Position numbers and translations under genes: made by a program. The notes under the pieces are model-generated. The model saw only the letters and a list, made by a program, of their open reading frames with translations. It searched no databases and had not been told where the DNA came from. Positions 1-8,446 of a stretch of DNA of 24,743 nt are shown piece after piece. Numbering within the stretch: position 1 is the stretch's first letter; every line of letters begins with the position of its first letter. The DNA lies in the IMG/VR virus record IMGVR_UViG_3300020440_001305, positions 1 through 24,743 of that record, one strand, 5' to 3'. This stretch comes from a virus. Lineage: Duplodnaviria; Caudoviricetes.

Positions 1-28
1 CAGCATTTAAAACCAAACAGTCACTCAT
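1..28 (-). CDS. 5' end of a gene leaving the window, probably an HNH endonuclease (MSDCLVLNA...)
   Basis: ATG at 28-26 reads MSDCLVLNA; LVLNA is the usual N-terminal motif of McrA-like HNH proteins. Purine-rich tract and minus-strand TATAAATA (64-71) upstream. Only 9 codons visible. Confidence 0.45.
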
Positions 29-62
29 TGGATAAAAGACCCTTTTCTTTTTTATGTCGCTA

Positions 63-78
63 ATATTTATATAAATAT
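63..78. promoter_or_regulatory. Palindromic bidirectional T4-type late promoter
   Basis: ATATTTATATAAATAT is a perfect 16-bp palindrome with TATAAATA on + (70-77) and on - (64-71), between divergent genes. Confidence 0.7.
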
Positions 79-83
79 ATTAG

Positions 84-641
84 ATGCTTAAAGAACTTAA
101 ACATATTATAGTTGAGGCTGAAAAACAGCGTCCTAAACTGGTTTTGAATCCATTACCTTATAAACGTGATGAATTAGAACCTGTAATGAGCAAAGAAAGC
201 ATAGACTTACACTATGCAAAATTGTCAAAAGGATATGTAGATAGGTACAATAACAAAGAAGGTGACGACACTTTCAACTTTGGTGGTGCTCATTTACATA
301 ATTTGTTTTGGCCAATGCTTCAATCACCAAGTTCTGGAAACAGACCTTCCGGAGCATCAGAAGAACTTATTAACACAAAGTTTGGATCTTATGAAAAGTT
401 CAAAGAGAAATTCATAGAAAAAGCCAAATCACTACAAGGCAGTGGATGGTGCTACATGGATGTAAAAGGCAAAATAGATTTAATCGCTAATCAAGATTTT
501 AGGAAAGGCACACAAATTGCTTTTCTAGTTGATATGTGGGAACATTCTTACTTGCTCGACACAACTAAAGACAAGTACTTAGATAACATTTGGCGAATTA
601 TCAACTGGTCAATAGTAAACGATAGACTAATAGGAGAATAA
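84..641 (+). CDS. sod: Fe/Mn superoxide dismutase, Mn-type signatures
   Basis: LPY..LEP, FGS..FK..F, GSGW and DMWEH motifs; four metal ligands present (H in LHY, H in LHNLFW, D and H in DMWEH); GG and NQD Mn-type signatures. Confidence 0.92.
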   Translation: MLKELKHIIVEAEKQRPKLVLNPLPYKRDELEPVMSKESIDLHYAKLSKGYVDRYNNKEGDDTFNFGGAHLHNLFWPMLQSPSSGNRPSGASEELINTKFGSYEKFKEKFIEKAKSLQGSGWCYMDVKGKIDLIANQDFRKGTQIAFLVDMWEHSYLLDTTKDKYLDNIWRIINWSIVNDRLIGE

Positions 642-642
642 A

Positions 643-813
643 ATGTTCACATGGTTGAGAAACCTCTTCGGGTCAGCGAAAACAGAACCGCTAGTATTAA
701 CAGATGAAGTTAAAACAAAAAAGGCTTCAACTGCTAAAAAGAAGTCTGCACCTAAAAAGGCAGCAACAAAAAAGGCACCTGCCAAAAGAGGCAGACCTAA
801 AAAATCTAAATAA
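643..813 (+). CDS. 56-aa basic Lys/Ala/Pro-rich protein with C-terminal AT-hook (not in ORF track)
   Basis: Translated by hand: MFTWLRNLFGSAKTEPLVLTDEVKTKKASTAKKKSAPKKAATKKAPAKRGRPKKSK; AGGAG RBS at 632-636; fills the gap after sod. Confidence 0.8.
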   Translation: MFTWLRNLFGSAKTEPLVLTDEVKTKKASTAKKKSAPKKAATKKAPAKRGRPKKSK

Positions 814-824
814 GGAGAAATACT

Positions 825-998
825 ATGTTAGATAAATTTAAAGGATGGGTATCAAGTCGTTTCACAGAAAGAACATCTTGGGACGGAGCAGCACTCATTC
901 TACTTGGAATCTTAGTTTTAATAGCAAAACCAATTGCCGGCTTAGTTGCTTATGCTGCTATTGCATACGGTGCTTGGACTATTTACAAAAGCGAATAA
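825..998 (+). CDS. 57-aa membrane protein with about two TM segments (not in ORF track)
   Basis: MLDKFKGWVSSRFTERTSWDGAALILLGILVLIAKPIAGLVAYAAIAYGAWTIYKSE; AAGGAG RBS at 812-817; stop lies 1 nt before the iscA ATG. Confidence 0.8.
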   Translation: MLDKFKGWVSSRFTERTSWDGAALILLGILVLIAKPIAGLVAYAAIAYGAWTIYKSE

Positions 999-999
999 T

Positions 1000-1326
1000 A
1001 TGCCAGATGCAGTTAATCTAACAGATTCTGCGGTTAAGCATATGTCAGGCTTAATTGAAAAAACCGGTAAACCCATTGTTCGATTGCAAATGAAGGGTGG
1101 TGGGTGTGCCGGGTTTTCATATGACTGGAAGATGTGTGATTCAAAAGAGTTAGACGACGAAGTTATCAAACTACCGAATGGTGAATTTTGTATAGATAGT
1201 GCAAGTTTACTTTATCTGATAGGTACTGAAATAGATTATGTTGAAGAAGTTTTCGGTTCCCATCTCACAATTAAAAATCCTAATAGTACATCAAGTTGTG
1301 GATGTGGCGAAAGTGTAGGTTTTTAG
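1000..1326 (+). CDS. iscA: A-type Fe-S cluster carrier (IscA/SufA/ErpA, HesB family)
   Basis: LTDSA N-terminus, GGGCAGFSY, GTEIDY and NPN...SCGCGES motifs; start moved to ATG 1000 (track start 946 lies inside the upstream gene). Confidence 0.92.
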   Translation: MPDAVNLTDSAVKHMSGLIEKTGKPIVRLQMKGGGCAGFSYDWKMCDSKELDDEVIKLPNGEFCIDSASLLYLIGTEIDYVEEVFGSHLTIKNPNSTSSCGCGESVGF

Positions 1327-1610
1327 TATTTAGATATTACTAAATCACTATCAGCAGGCATATCCCATATTTGCTTATTTTCGACACCTTTGCGTTGAGC
1401 AAATCTCTTGGCATCACATTCTGAACATACATGGAAATAATTGTTGCTTAGCCGGGCCTTACTAATCTTTTTTAGATCCCTGGTAAATACACTGTCACAG
1501 TTATCGCACCGGAGTTCAACAATTGTTTTTATACGTGTATAGACGTGTGTTTTACCCAATTTGCTTTTCCGAGTGTGTTCTGTATTAACTTTTTTGGTGC
1601 CTAAAAACAT
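1323..1610 (-). CDS. Basic Zn-ribbon protein (CxxC...CxxC), function unknown
   Basis: CDNC and CSEC pairs, K/R-rich; TAAATA 5 nt upstream of the ATG. Confidence 0.75.
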   Translation of the reverse strand: MFLGTKKVNTEHTRKSKLGKTHVYTRIKTIVELRCDNCDSVFTRDLKKISKARLSNNYFHVCSECDAKRFAQRKGVENKQIWDMPADSDLVISKY

Positions 1611-1615
1611 ATGTA

Positions 1616-1621
1616 TATTTA
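1616..1621 (-). promoter_or_regulatory. Late promoter core TAAATA for the Zn-ribbon gene, probably leaderless
   Basis: GTAAATA on - strand, 5 nt before the ATG at 1610, with no SD. Confidence 0.55.
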
Positions 1622-1651
1622 CTATTTTACATTAGGCTTATAGAATAAATT

Positions 1652-1659
1652 GATAAATA
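1652..1659 (+). promoter_or_regulatory. Late promoter GATAAATA for the structural operon
   Basis: T4 late consensus-like element in the divergent gap, 31 nt before ATG 1691; AGGGG RBS follows. Confidence 0.6.
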
Positions 1660-1690
1660 TTGTAGCAAACAAGGAATTGTAGGGGATAAG

Positions 1691-4600
1691 ATGGCAAGAA
1701 AAGTAATTGATACCGGTGTAGTAGGTAATGACGGAACTGGCGATAGTATCCGCGATTCGTTTAGTAAAGTAAACGATAACTTTAGAGAATTATACAGTTC
1801 ATTAGGTCTAGGAGAAAGATTAACATTCTTAGGATTAGATGATACTCCTACTAATTTTGTTGGACAAGAATCAGCGGTTGTAGCCGTTAATAACACTACA
1901 GATGCACTACAGTTTAAACAAATTACAGGCGGAACTGGTGTTGTAATTGACACTTCAAGTAACACCAATCAAATAATTGTAAGCACAGAATTCAGCGAAA
2001 TTTCAGGAGATCCTAGTCCACAACTAGGCGGTGACTTATCAGTACAAAGTGGTGGTCAAACATACAAGATTAAAGATCTTAATACACCTACTGAAGACTC
2101 AGAAGCAGCAAACAAAAACTATGTAGATACAAAAATTTCCCTAGCAGGTGTAAACGCAATTGATCCTGCTACAGGTTCTACACAATCTGGATTTGGAACT
2201 ATGAGCGGACCGCTTATACTTTCACGTTCTCCAGAACCTGAAGATGATGATAGATATGACGGACTAATTGCTGCAACAAAACAATATGTAGACAGTTCAT
2301 CGTTTGGTAGTAGCGTAAATCTATATGTTGCAACATCAGGAGCAGATGATAGACCAGGCGTTTCTGATCAACTACAAGGTAGAGCTCTTGCATACGCATA
2401 TAGAACAATTGAAGCAGCATGTCGAAAAGCAGAAGAAATATTACTAGAATCAAATGATGATATAGGACCATATGAAAAGAAATTAACTTATGCTGGTGGT
2501 ACTAAGTCAGTAGAGTTAGCCGCTATTGATACTTCACCTACATCAGGTACAGGGTTTGTTGGTACACCGAGAATGAGTGTAGATACAATTACACTTAATA
2601 GTCAAGGTACAAACTATCAAGCAGGAGATATTATTACCCTACAAGGCGGCACAGGAGATGCTGCAAGATATGAAGTTTTGTCAACTGCTTCATCACCAGG
2701 TGCTGTTGTTACCTTTAGACAGATAAGTTCAGGAAACTATACTGTTTTACCAGGTGCTACTAATGTATCAACAGATACTGATAGTGCTTTCGGTAATGGG
2801 GCTACATTTGATATAACATATAAAGTTAACAACGTTAATATTGTAGACGGTGGTACTGGACACAGTTTAGTATCAGTACGTATTACCGGTGGTGGTGGTA
2901 CTGGTGCTTTTGGTGAGGCTATAGTTGCAGGCGGTGTTATTACTGCGATTGAAATTACAGACAATGGCGGAGGATTTACTAGTCTGCCTACTGTATCTGC
3001 TGACTTGCCTAGGTTCCTTTTAAAAACTGAAGGACAAAGAACTGACTTTACAGGTGACGTATTAACTGATACTGAAGTCGCGTTTAGAACAAGAGATATT
3101 AGAGAAGGCTTGTTTATTAAAGGATTGACATCAGGCGCACAAGCACAGATACTTGCACACGAAGGTGATTTAGATTCAAACGGAAATGAAATTTTTGATG
3201 TTGATATTAAGTTTGGAAATTTCCAAATAGGTGAAGAATTATCATATGGTGATATTACTAACCAAACACAAATTTCTATTTTAGTAGAAAGTGGTGTTTA
3301 CGAAGAAAACTATCCAATTAAAGTTCCTCAGAACGTTGCTATCATTGGTAACGAATTTAGAAGAGTAATTATAAAACCAAGAGCAGGAACATCAAGCTCA
3401 CCTTGGGCTTTCCAAAGATTCAGAAGAGATACAACTATTGACGGACTAACAGTAGCAAGTGATCTTTACGGATATCATTACTTAGAAGATACAACATCAC
3501 CTGTTTATCCTAAGATAGATAACGGAGGCGGATATAAAGCGTCTGCTACGTTAATAAAATTAAATAGACAATTTTTACAAAACGAAGTTACTGCTTGGAT
3601 AAATTATCAAATTGCAAATAATATTGCACCGTTTACATCATCATTTAATTATAACGAATCACGTTGTAAAAGAGATGTAGGATTAATTCTTGATGCAATG
3701 ATATTTGATTTAAAATATGGTGAATATAATAGAACAATATCAGCAGGACTAAAATACTATCAAACTGCAAGCGGAAGAATTGCAATTACAACACAATTGT
3801 CAGAAACCACAGCAGCATTAGAATATTTAGAAAGTATCTTAGACAATATTATATCTAATGATCCTATAGGAACAATTTACAACGGGATTTTCTCTCAAAT
3901 CACAGACGGTGCTTTTGTAAAAGAAACAGGTACAGAAGGTGTACTTGAAGAATTATTTGATGCACTTATTGATGTAATTGATGGATCAGGCAGTGTAAAT
4001 TATCCAAAAGATAATGATAAACTTGATGTTTTCTTATGTAACGATGCTGTAATACTTAGAGCAATGACAATGCAAGGACATGGCGGATTTTCTATGGTGC
4101 TTGATCCGGCTGGACAAATTCTTGCTAAATCACCATACGCACAAGAATGTGCATCATTTAGTAAATCTATAAATGCACAAACATTTGCAGGTGGTATGTT
4201 TGTTGATGGGTTTTCAGGAAACTTACAATTCTTACATCAAGCAAGTGTTACATCAACACGTATAACTGTAGCAGGGTTAGATAGATTTCCACAACTTCCG
4301 GCATCCTTTATTGTTGGCGATGATATTTTCAAAGTCAATTATGTTAGAGATTACGCATATGGAGCCAGTGGCAGTACAGCAACACTTGTTTTAGATGAAA
4401 CAACACCTTTTAATTTAACACCTGGTGCTCAAACATTAACCAGTATAACACAAGCAGATCCTGCTGTGTTTACAAGAGCAGACCATGGTTTACAAGCAGG
4501 TGCTTCACTGGTGTTTAGTACAACAGGTACATTACCAACAGGCGTTGTAGCAGGTAGAGAATATTATGTTTCTGAAACTGGCTTAACTGGAAATACCTTT

Positions 4601-7600
4601 AGAATCACACAAGAATTTTTTGGTGATGTAGAAGTAGCAACAACTAGTGCAGGCTCAGGCACACACAGTTATCAAAGAAAATATGAAATATTGATGCCTG
4701 GTAACAGATCAATGTTATCAAACGACTTTACGCAGATAGCAGATATGGGTTACGGTTTGTTAGCAACCAACGGCGGACTAACAGAAGCAGTATCTATGTT
4801 TACATATTATTGTTATGCTTCTTACATGTCACTTAACGGAGCGCAAATTAGAAGTATAGGTGGTTCTTCTGCACATGGTATCTACGCATTAGTTGCAGAT
4901 GGTTCGGACCCACTTGAAGTTCCAACACCTACAACACTGTATTACGATGTTGCTCAAAGGGTTGATTGTTATTTTCCAAGTGCTAGTTTCCAAAATGTAC
5001 AAGGTGGATTAGATATACATGTCACAAATTATGATTATACTCCTCTTAATAATTCAGAACTTGAAGTTGATCATGGCAATTTAATTTTTAGATATCCTGT
5101 TACATCAGTTTCAACTACAGATTTGCCAGCAGGTGTTGCAAAATTAAATTTAACATCTGACGATACAGGAAACTTTGATGGACTTTTTGCAGTCATTTCA
5201 GATGGCACTAAAATGTCACTTAGAAGTAATTCGCAAATTATTCTTACAGGAGAACTTGCTGACGTTGCTACAAGACCATCAACAGGTTTACGTTTTGCTG
5301 AATCTCCTACTGATGTTTATCGTGTTTTACAATTTGAAGACTATGATGATACAACAGACGGTAGAGGTGCATTAGATGTTGAATTCACTGTAGCAAATCC
5401 TACAGTGCTTACATTTACTATCACAGTCACTGATATTACTAGCAATAATACACTAACCACTGATAGAAATCATGGATTAAGGCGCGGCGATGCAATTACT
5501 CCGAGAACTACTGCTAATGGACTGACAGCAGGTCAAACATATTATGTGTTTGATGTTCCTACTTATAACACCATACAGTTATCGACAACATCTGGAGGAA
5601 GTTTACTAGGTGGCTTAACTAACGGTAGTGGACTTACTTTAGTAAATGTTATCCCTCACAAACAGTTAGCAGACTATAGACTACAATTTAGTTCGACTGG
5701 AACATTACCAACAGGAATTACTGCTGGTATTACATACTTTGTACTAGAAACAAATTTAACATCTACAACTTTTGAAATTGCAACATCACAGAACGGTGCT
5801 GCAATAGAAGTAACAGGTGCTGGTACTGGAGATATAACAGCAATTGCAGATGGAATTACCAAGACTACTCTTAGAGAAAACTATGATTACATTGATTTAA
5901 CTGTATATCAACCAAGTGAAAGCGTTGGTACAACTGGTGCAAATCCTGTTGTTCCAGGCTCGTTTACTACAATTTCTAGTATAAGTATTGCAGCACCTGG
6001 AGTGATTACGGTAGCATCACCTCACAATTTATCAGTTGGTGATGTAATTAGATTACAAACAACTGGAGATTTACCAACGGGTCTTAACGAAAGTTTACAC
6101 TATTTTGTATCAGATAATAATGTAGACGGATTAGGTGCATCGTCAGTACAATTTACAATAACAACAACACCTCCTGCGTTAGCATCATCTGTAGAAATTG
6201 ATACAACAGGCACACAGAGTGGTACACACAGTTTTGCAAAAGTTTTAGGTAGAGCTGGAGATAGCACTATTACTGTTGTACCAGTTGCACCTGAAGAACG
6301 TTCACGTGTACCTAATTCAAGATTTGTATACAAAGGTGAAGAATATATTATTGAACAGTATCAATCAGAAGACGACCTTAGTACAAATTATGCAAGGTTA
6401 ACACTTAATAGACCACTAGAAGATAGCATTATAGAATTCGAAGGTTCATACACAATAAGAAGTGCTGTTCCTATTAGAAGTTTAAATTCATATGGAAATC
6501 TAACAATTAGAATTTCATTAACACGTGTAACTGGACACGACTTACTGGAAATTGGAACAGGATCATATGCAGATACCAACTATCCAAATGAAATTTACGG
6601 TCCGGCGGTTAATGCACTTAATGCAGATAATGAAACGCAGGAAAGAACGGTAGGACGTGTTTTCTATGTAACCACTGACCAGTTTGGTAACTTCAATGTT
6701 GGACCATTCTTTAAAGTTGACCAAGGAACAGGACGTGTGACATTCTCAGCAGCCATTGCGTTGAGTAACTTGGACGGTATTGGATTTAAGCGTGGTGTTC
6801 CAGTTTCAGAATTCTCAACAGATAGTTCATTCTCAGATAACGCAGTTGATACAGTACCAACAGAAAATGCTACAAGATTATACATTGAAAGAAGATTAGG
6901 TATTTCGCACAGTGGTGCTAAAATTATTGATGCTAATTTAATACCTGCTGTGACTGGTGGATTTATGGATCTAAGTGGCCAAGGGTCTATGAAGGCAAAC
7001 ATGGATCTAAACCAGAATAAGATTGTTAATCTTTCAGATCCTACACAACCTCAAGATGCAGTGAACTTGAGAAGTTTTACTTTTGATAACCTACAAAACT
7101 TTACGTTTACAGATTTAGCAGCAAACCAATTACTTGTGTTTACAGGTAATGATAGAGATGCTGTAAACGTTACAGTTGTAGGTGATATAAGTTTAGATAT
7201 TGATTCAACAGCAAACTCGATTGATGCGCAACTTAATCCTAATGTAATTTTAGATGCAGACGTTAATGCATCTGCTGACATTGCTCAAAGTAAATTGTTA
7301 ATGCAATTAGCAGGAACAGATTTAAATGCACCAACAGGAACAGCAGCAGTCAAACAAGCACGTAGCGGATTAGCAAGTTTTAGTGACACAGAATTTACTG
7401 TAACTGATGGTTGGGTACAATTAAAAGACAACGGTACACCTAAGTCAGCACTAGCACAAATTGCTGCACAGAGTGTATTAGGTAATTCATTACTTACAGC
7501 AGGAGATGCTACTGATATTGCGTTTACAACAATTGTAGATCAAGGTGGCTCTGTTAAGAAATCACAATTTGGAAGCACAGGTTTACTTGCAAGAATAAAT

Positions 7601-8446
7601 TCAAGTTCTGGTACATCAGATAGTGATTATGGAATAGTTGACTATGCAGCAGGATCTAGTAGTACAGTTGAAGCAAGTAAACTTATTATAAGAGATACAA
7701 ATGGTGATTTTGGTGGTAGAATAATTGATGTCCAACAATACAACATAGATGGATTCGAAGCAATCGATTCTGGAACATCAGGCTCAGGAGGATTTGTAAG
7801 AATACACACGTTTGGTGGAACAGGCGGTAGTGGTGGAGGAGGCATCTTCCTGCAAGACGGTTCCTTGGCTGCAGACAAATCAACTTTTTATGATAATGAT
7901 TCACACACATTTAGAACACAGAACGGTTTGTCAAATGCACCTATTATTGCTTCAAGTGTTCAAGTTAGCGCATTAACAACAGGTGGTAACACAACTGCTG
8001 GTACAATTACTGGTAGGTGGTCACTAACAGGTAGTTCGCCTAATGAATCAAGACTAGAAGCAACATATTCAGCAGACGTTGCAGAATACTATGAAGGTGA
8101 CAAGGAATATGAAGTTGGAACAGTGTTAGTATTTGGAGGTGACAAGGAAGTCACAACTACAAACACAAACAGTGATAAGAGAATAGCAGGTGTTGTTTCT
8201 AATACAGCAGCGTATGTAATGTATACTGCCTGTCCTGGACACAAAAACCTAGTTGCACTCGTTGGTAGAGTTCCATGTAAAGTTGTAGGCAAAATTAAGA
8301 AAGGTGATATTCTTGTTACATCAGGAATACATGGTGTAGCAACTGTAAGTGACGATCCTAAAGTAGGAACAATTGTTGGTAAAGCAATTGAGGATTACGA
8401 TAGTGATCATATAGGAACAATTGAAATAGCGGTGGGTAGATCATAA
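1691..8446 (+). CDS. 2251-aa virion structural protein (baseplate/tail fibre or spike) with C-terminal intramolecular chaperone (Peptidase_G2-like) domain
   Basis: N-terminal GNDGTGDSIRDSFSKVNDNFRELY (T4 gp9/gp10-type motif); ANKNYVD/ATKQYVD fibre motifs; beta-helix cap motifs; repeated TGTLPTG..AG..YYV modules; C-terminal SADVAEYY...IAGVVS...VALVGRVPCKVVG...GTIVGKAIE. Confidence 0.85.
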   Translation: MARKVIDTGVVGNDGTGDSIRDSFSKVNDNFRELYSSLGLGERLTFLGLDDTPTNFVGQESAVVAVNNTTDALQFKQITGGTGVVIDTSSNTNQIIVSTEFSEISGDPSPQLGGDLSVQSGGQTYKIKDLNTPTEDSEAANKNYVDTKISLAGVNAIDPATGSTQSGFGTMSGPLILSRSPEPEDDDRYDGLIAATKQYVDSSSFGSSVNLYVATSGADDRPGVSDQLQGRALAYAYRTIEAACRKAEEILLESNDDIGPYEKKLTYAGGTKSVELAAIDTSPTSGTGFVGTPRMSVDTITLNSQGTNYQAGDIITLQGGTGDAARYEVLSTASSPGAVVTFRQISSGNYTVLPGATNVSTDTDSAFGNGATFDITYKVNNVNIVDGGTGHSLVSVRITGGGGTGAFGEAIVAGGVITAIEITDNGGGFTSLPTVSADLPRFLLKTEGQRTDFTGDVLTDTEVAFRTRDIREGLFIKGLTSGAQAQILAHEGDLDSNGNEIFDVDIKFGNFQIGEELSYGDITNQTQISILVESGVYEENYPIKVPQNVAIIGNEFRRVIIKPRAGTSSSPWAFQRFRRDTTIDGLTVASDLYGYHYLEDTTSPVYPKIDNGGGYKASATLIKLNRQFLQNEVTAWINYQIANNIAPFTSSFNYNESRCKRDVGLILDAMIFDLKYGEYNRTISAGLKYYQTASGRIAITTQLSETTAALEYLESILDNIISNDPIGTIYNGIFSQITDGAFVKETGTEGVLEELFDALIDVIDGSGSVNYPKDNDKLDVFLCNDAVILRAMTMQGHGGFSMVLDPAGQILAKSPYAQECASFSKSINAQTFAGGMFVDGFSGNLQFLHQASVTSTRITVAGLDRFPQLPASFIVGDDIFKVNYVRDYAYGASGSTATLVLDETTPFNLTPGAQTLTSITQADPAVFTRADHGLQAGASLVFSTTGTLPTGVVAGREYYVSETGLTGNTFRITQEFFGDVEVATTSAGSGTHSYQRKYEILMPGNRSMLSNDFTQIADMGYGLLATNGGLTEAVSMFTYYCYASYMSLNGAQIRSIGGSSAHGIYALVADGSDPLEVPTPTTLYYDVAQRVDCYFPSASFQNVQGGLDIHVTNYDYTPLNNSELEVDHGNLIFRYPVTSVSTTDLPAGVAKLNLTSDDTGNFDGLFAVISDGTKMSLRSNSQIILTGELADVATRPSTGLRFAESPTDVYRVLQFEDYDDTTDGRGALDVEFTVANPTVLTFTITVTDITSNNTLTTDRNHGLRRGDAITPRTTANGLTAGQTYYVFDVPTYNTIQLSTTSGGSLLGGLTNGSGLTLVNVIPHKQLADYRLQFSSTGTLPTGITAGITYFVLETNLTSTTFEIATSQNGAAIEVTGAGTGDITAIADGITKTTLRENYDYIDLTVYQPSESVGTTGANPVVPGSFTTISSISIAAPGVITVASPHNLSVGDVIRLQTTGDLPTGLNESLHYFVSDNNVDGLGASSVQFTITTTPPALASSVEIDTTGTQSGTHSFAKVLGRAGDSTITVVPVAPEERSRVPNSRFVYKGEEYIIEQYQSEDDLSTNYARLTLNRPLEDSIIEFEGSYTIRSAVPIRSLNSYGNLTIRISLTRVTGHDLLEIGTGSYADTNYPNEIYGPAVNALNADNETQERTVGRVFYVTTDQFGNFNVGPFFKVDQGTGRVTFSAAIALSNLDGIGFKRGVPVSEFSTDSSFSDNAVDTVPTENATRLYIERRLGISHSGAKIIDANLIPAVTGGFMDLSGQGSMKANMDLNQNKIVNLSDPTQPQDAVNLRSFTFDNLQNFTFTDLAANQLLVFTGNDRDAVNVTVVGDISLDIDSTANSIDAQLNPNVILDADVNASADIAQSKLLMQLAGTDLNAPTGTAAVKQARSGLASFSDTEFTVTDGWVQLKDNGTPKSALAQIAAQSVLGNSLLTAGDATDIAFTTIVDQGGSVKKSQFGSTGLLARINSSSGTSDSDYGIVDYAAGSSSTVEASKLIIRDTNGDFGGRIIDVQQYNIDGFEAIDSGTSGSGGFVRIHTFGGTGGSGGGGIFLQDGSLAADKSTFYDNDSHTFRTQNGLSNAPIIASSVQVSALTTGGNTTAGTITGRWSLTGSSPNESRLEATYSADVAEYYEGDKEYEVGTVLVFGGDKEVTTTNTNSDKRIAGVVSNTAAYVMYTACPGHKNLVALVGRVPCKVVGKIKKGDILVTSGIHGVATVSDDPKVGTIVGKAIEDYDSDHIGTIEIAVGRS
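4511..6109 (+). repeat. Four degenerate protein-level repeats in the 2251-aa protein
   Basis: VFSTTGTLPTGVVAGREYYV (~4511), TTANGLTAGQTYYV (~5507), FSSTGTLPTGITAGITYFV (~5687), QTTGDLPTGLNESLHYFV (~6056). Confidence 0.7.

Noticed and set aside
807-812. TAAATA at 807-812 (and similarly 14958-14963) as late promoters
   Set aside because: Both arise from AAA-TAA-GGAG stop/RBS junctions, and a start there would clip the SD; likely coincidental.
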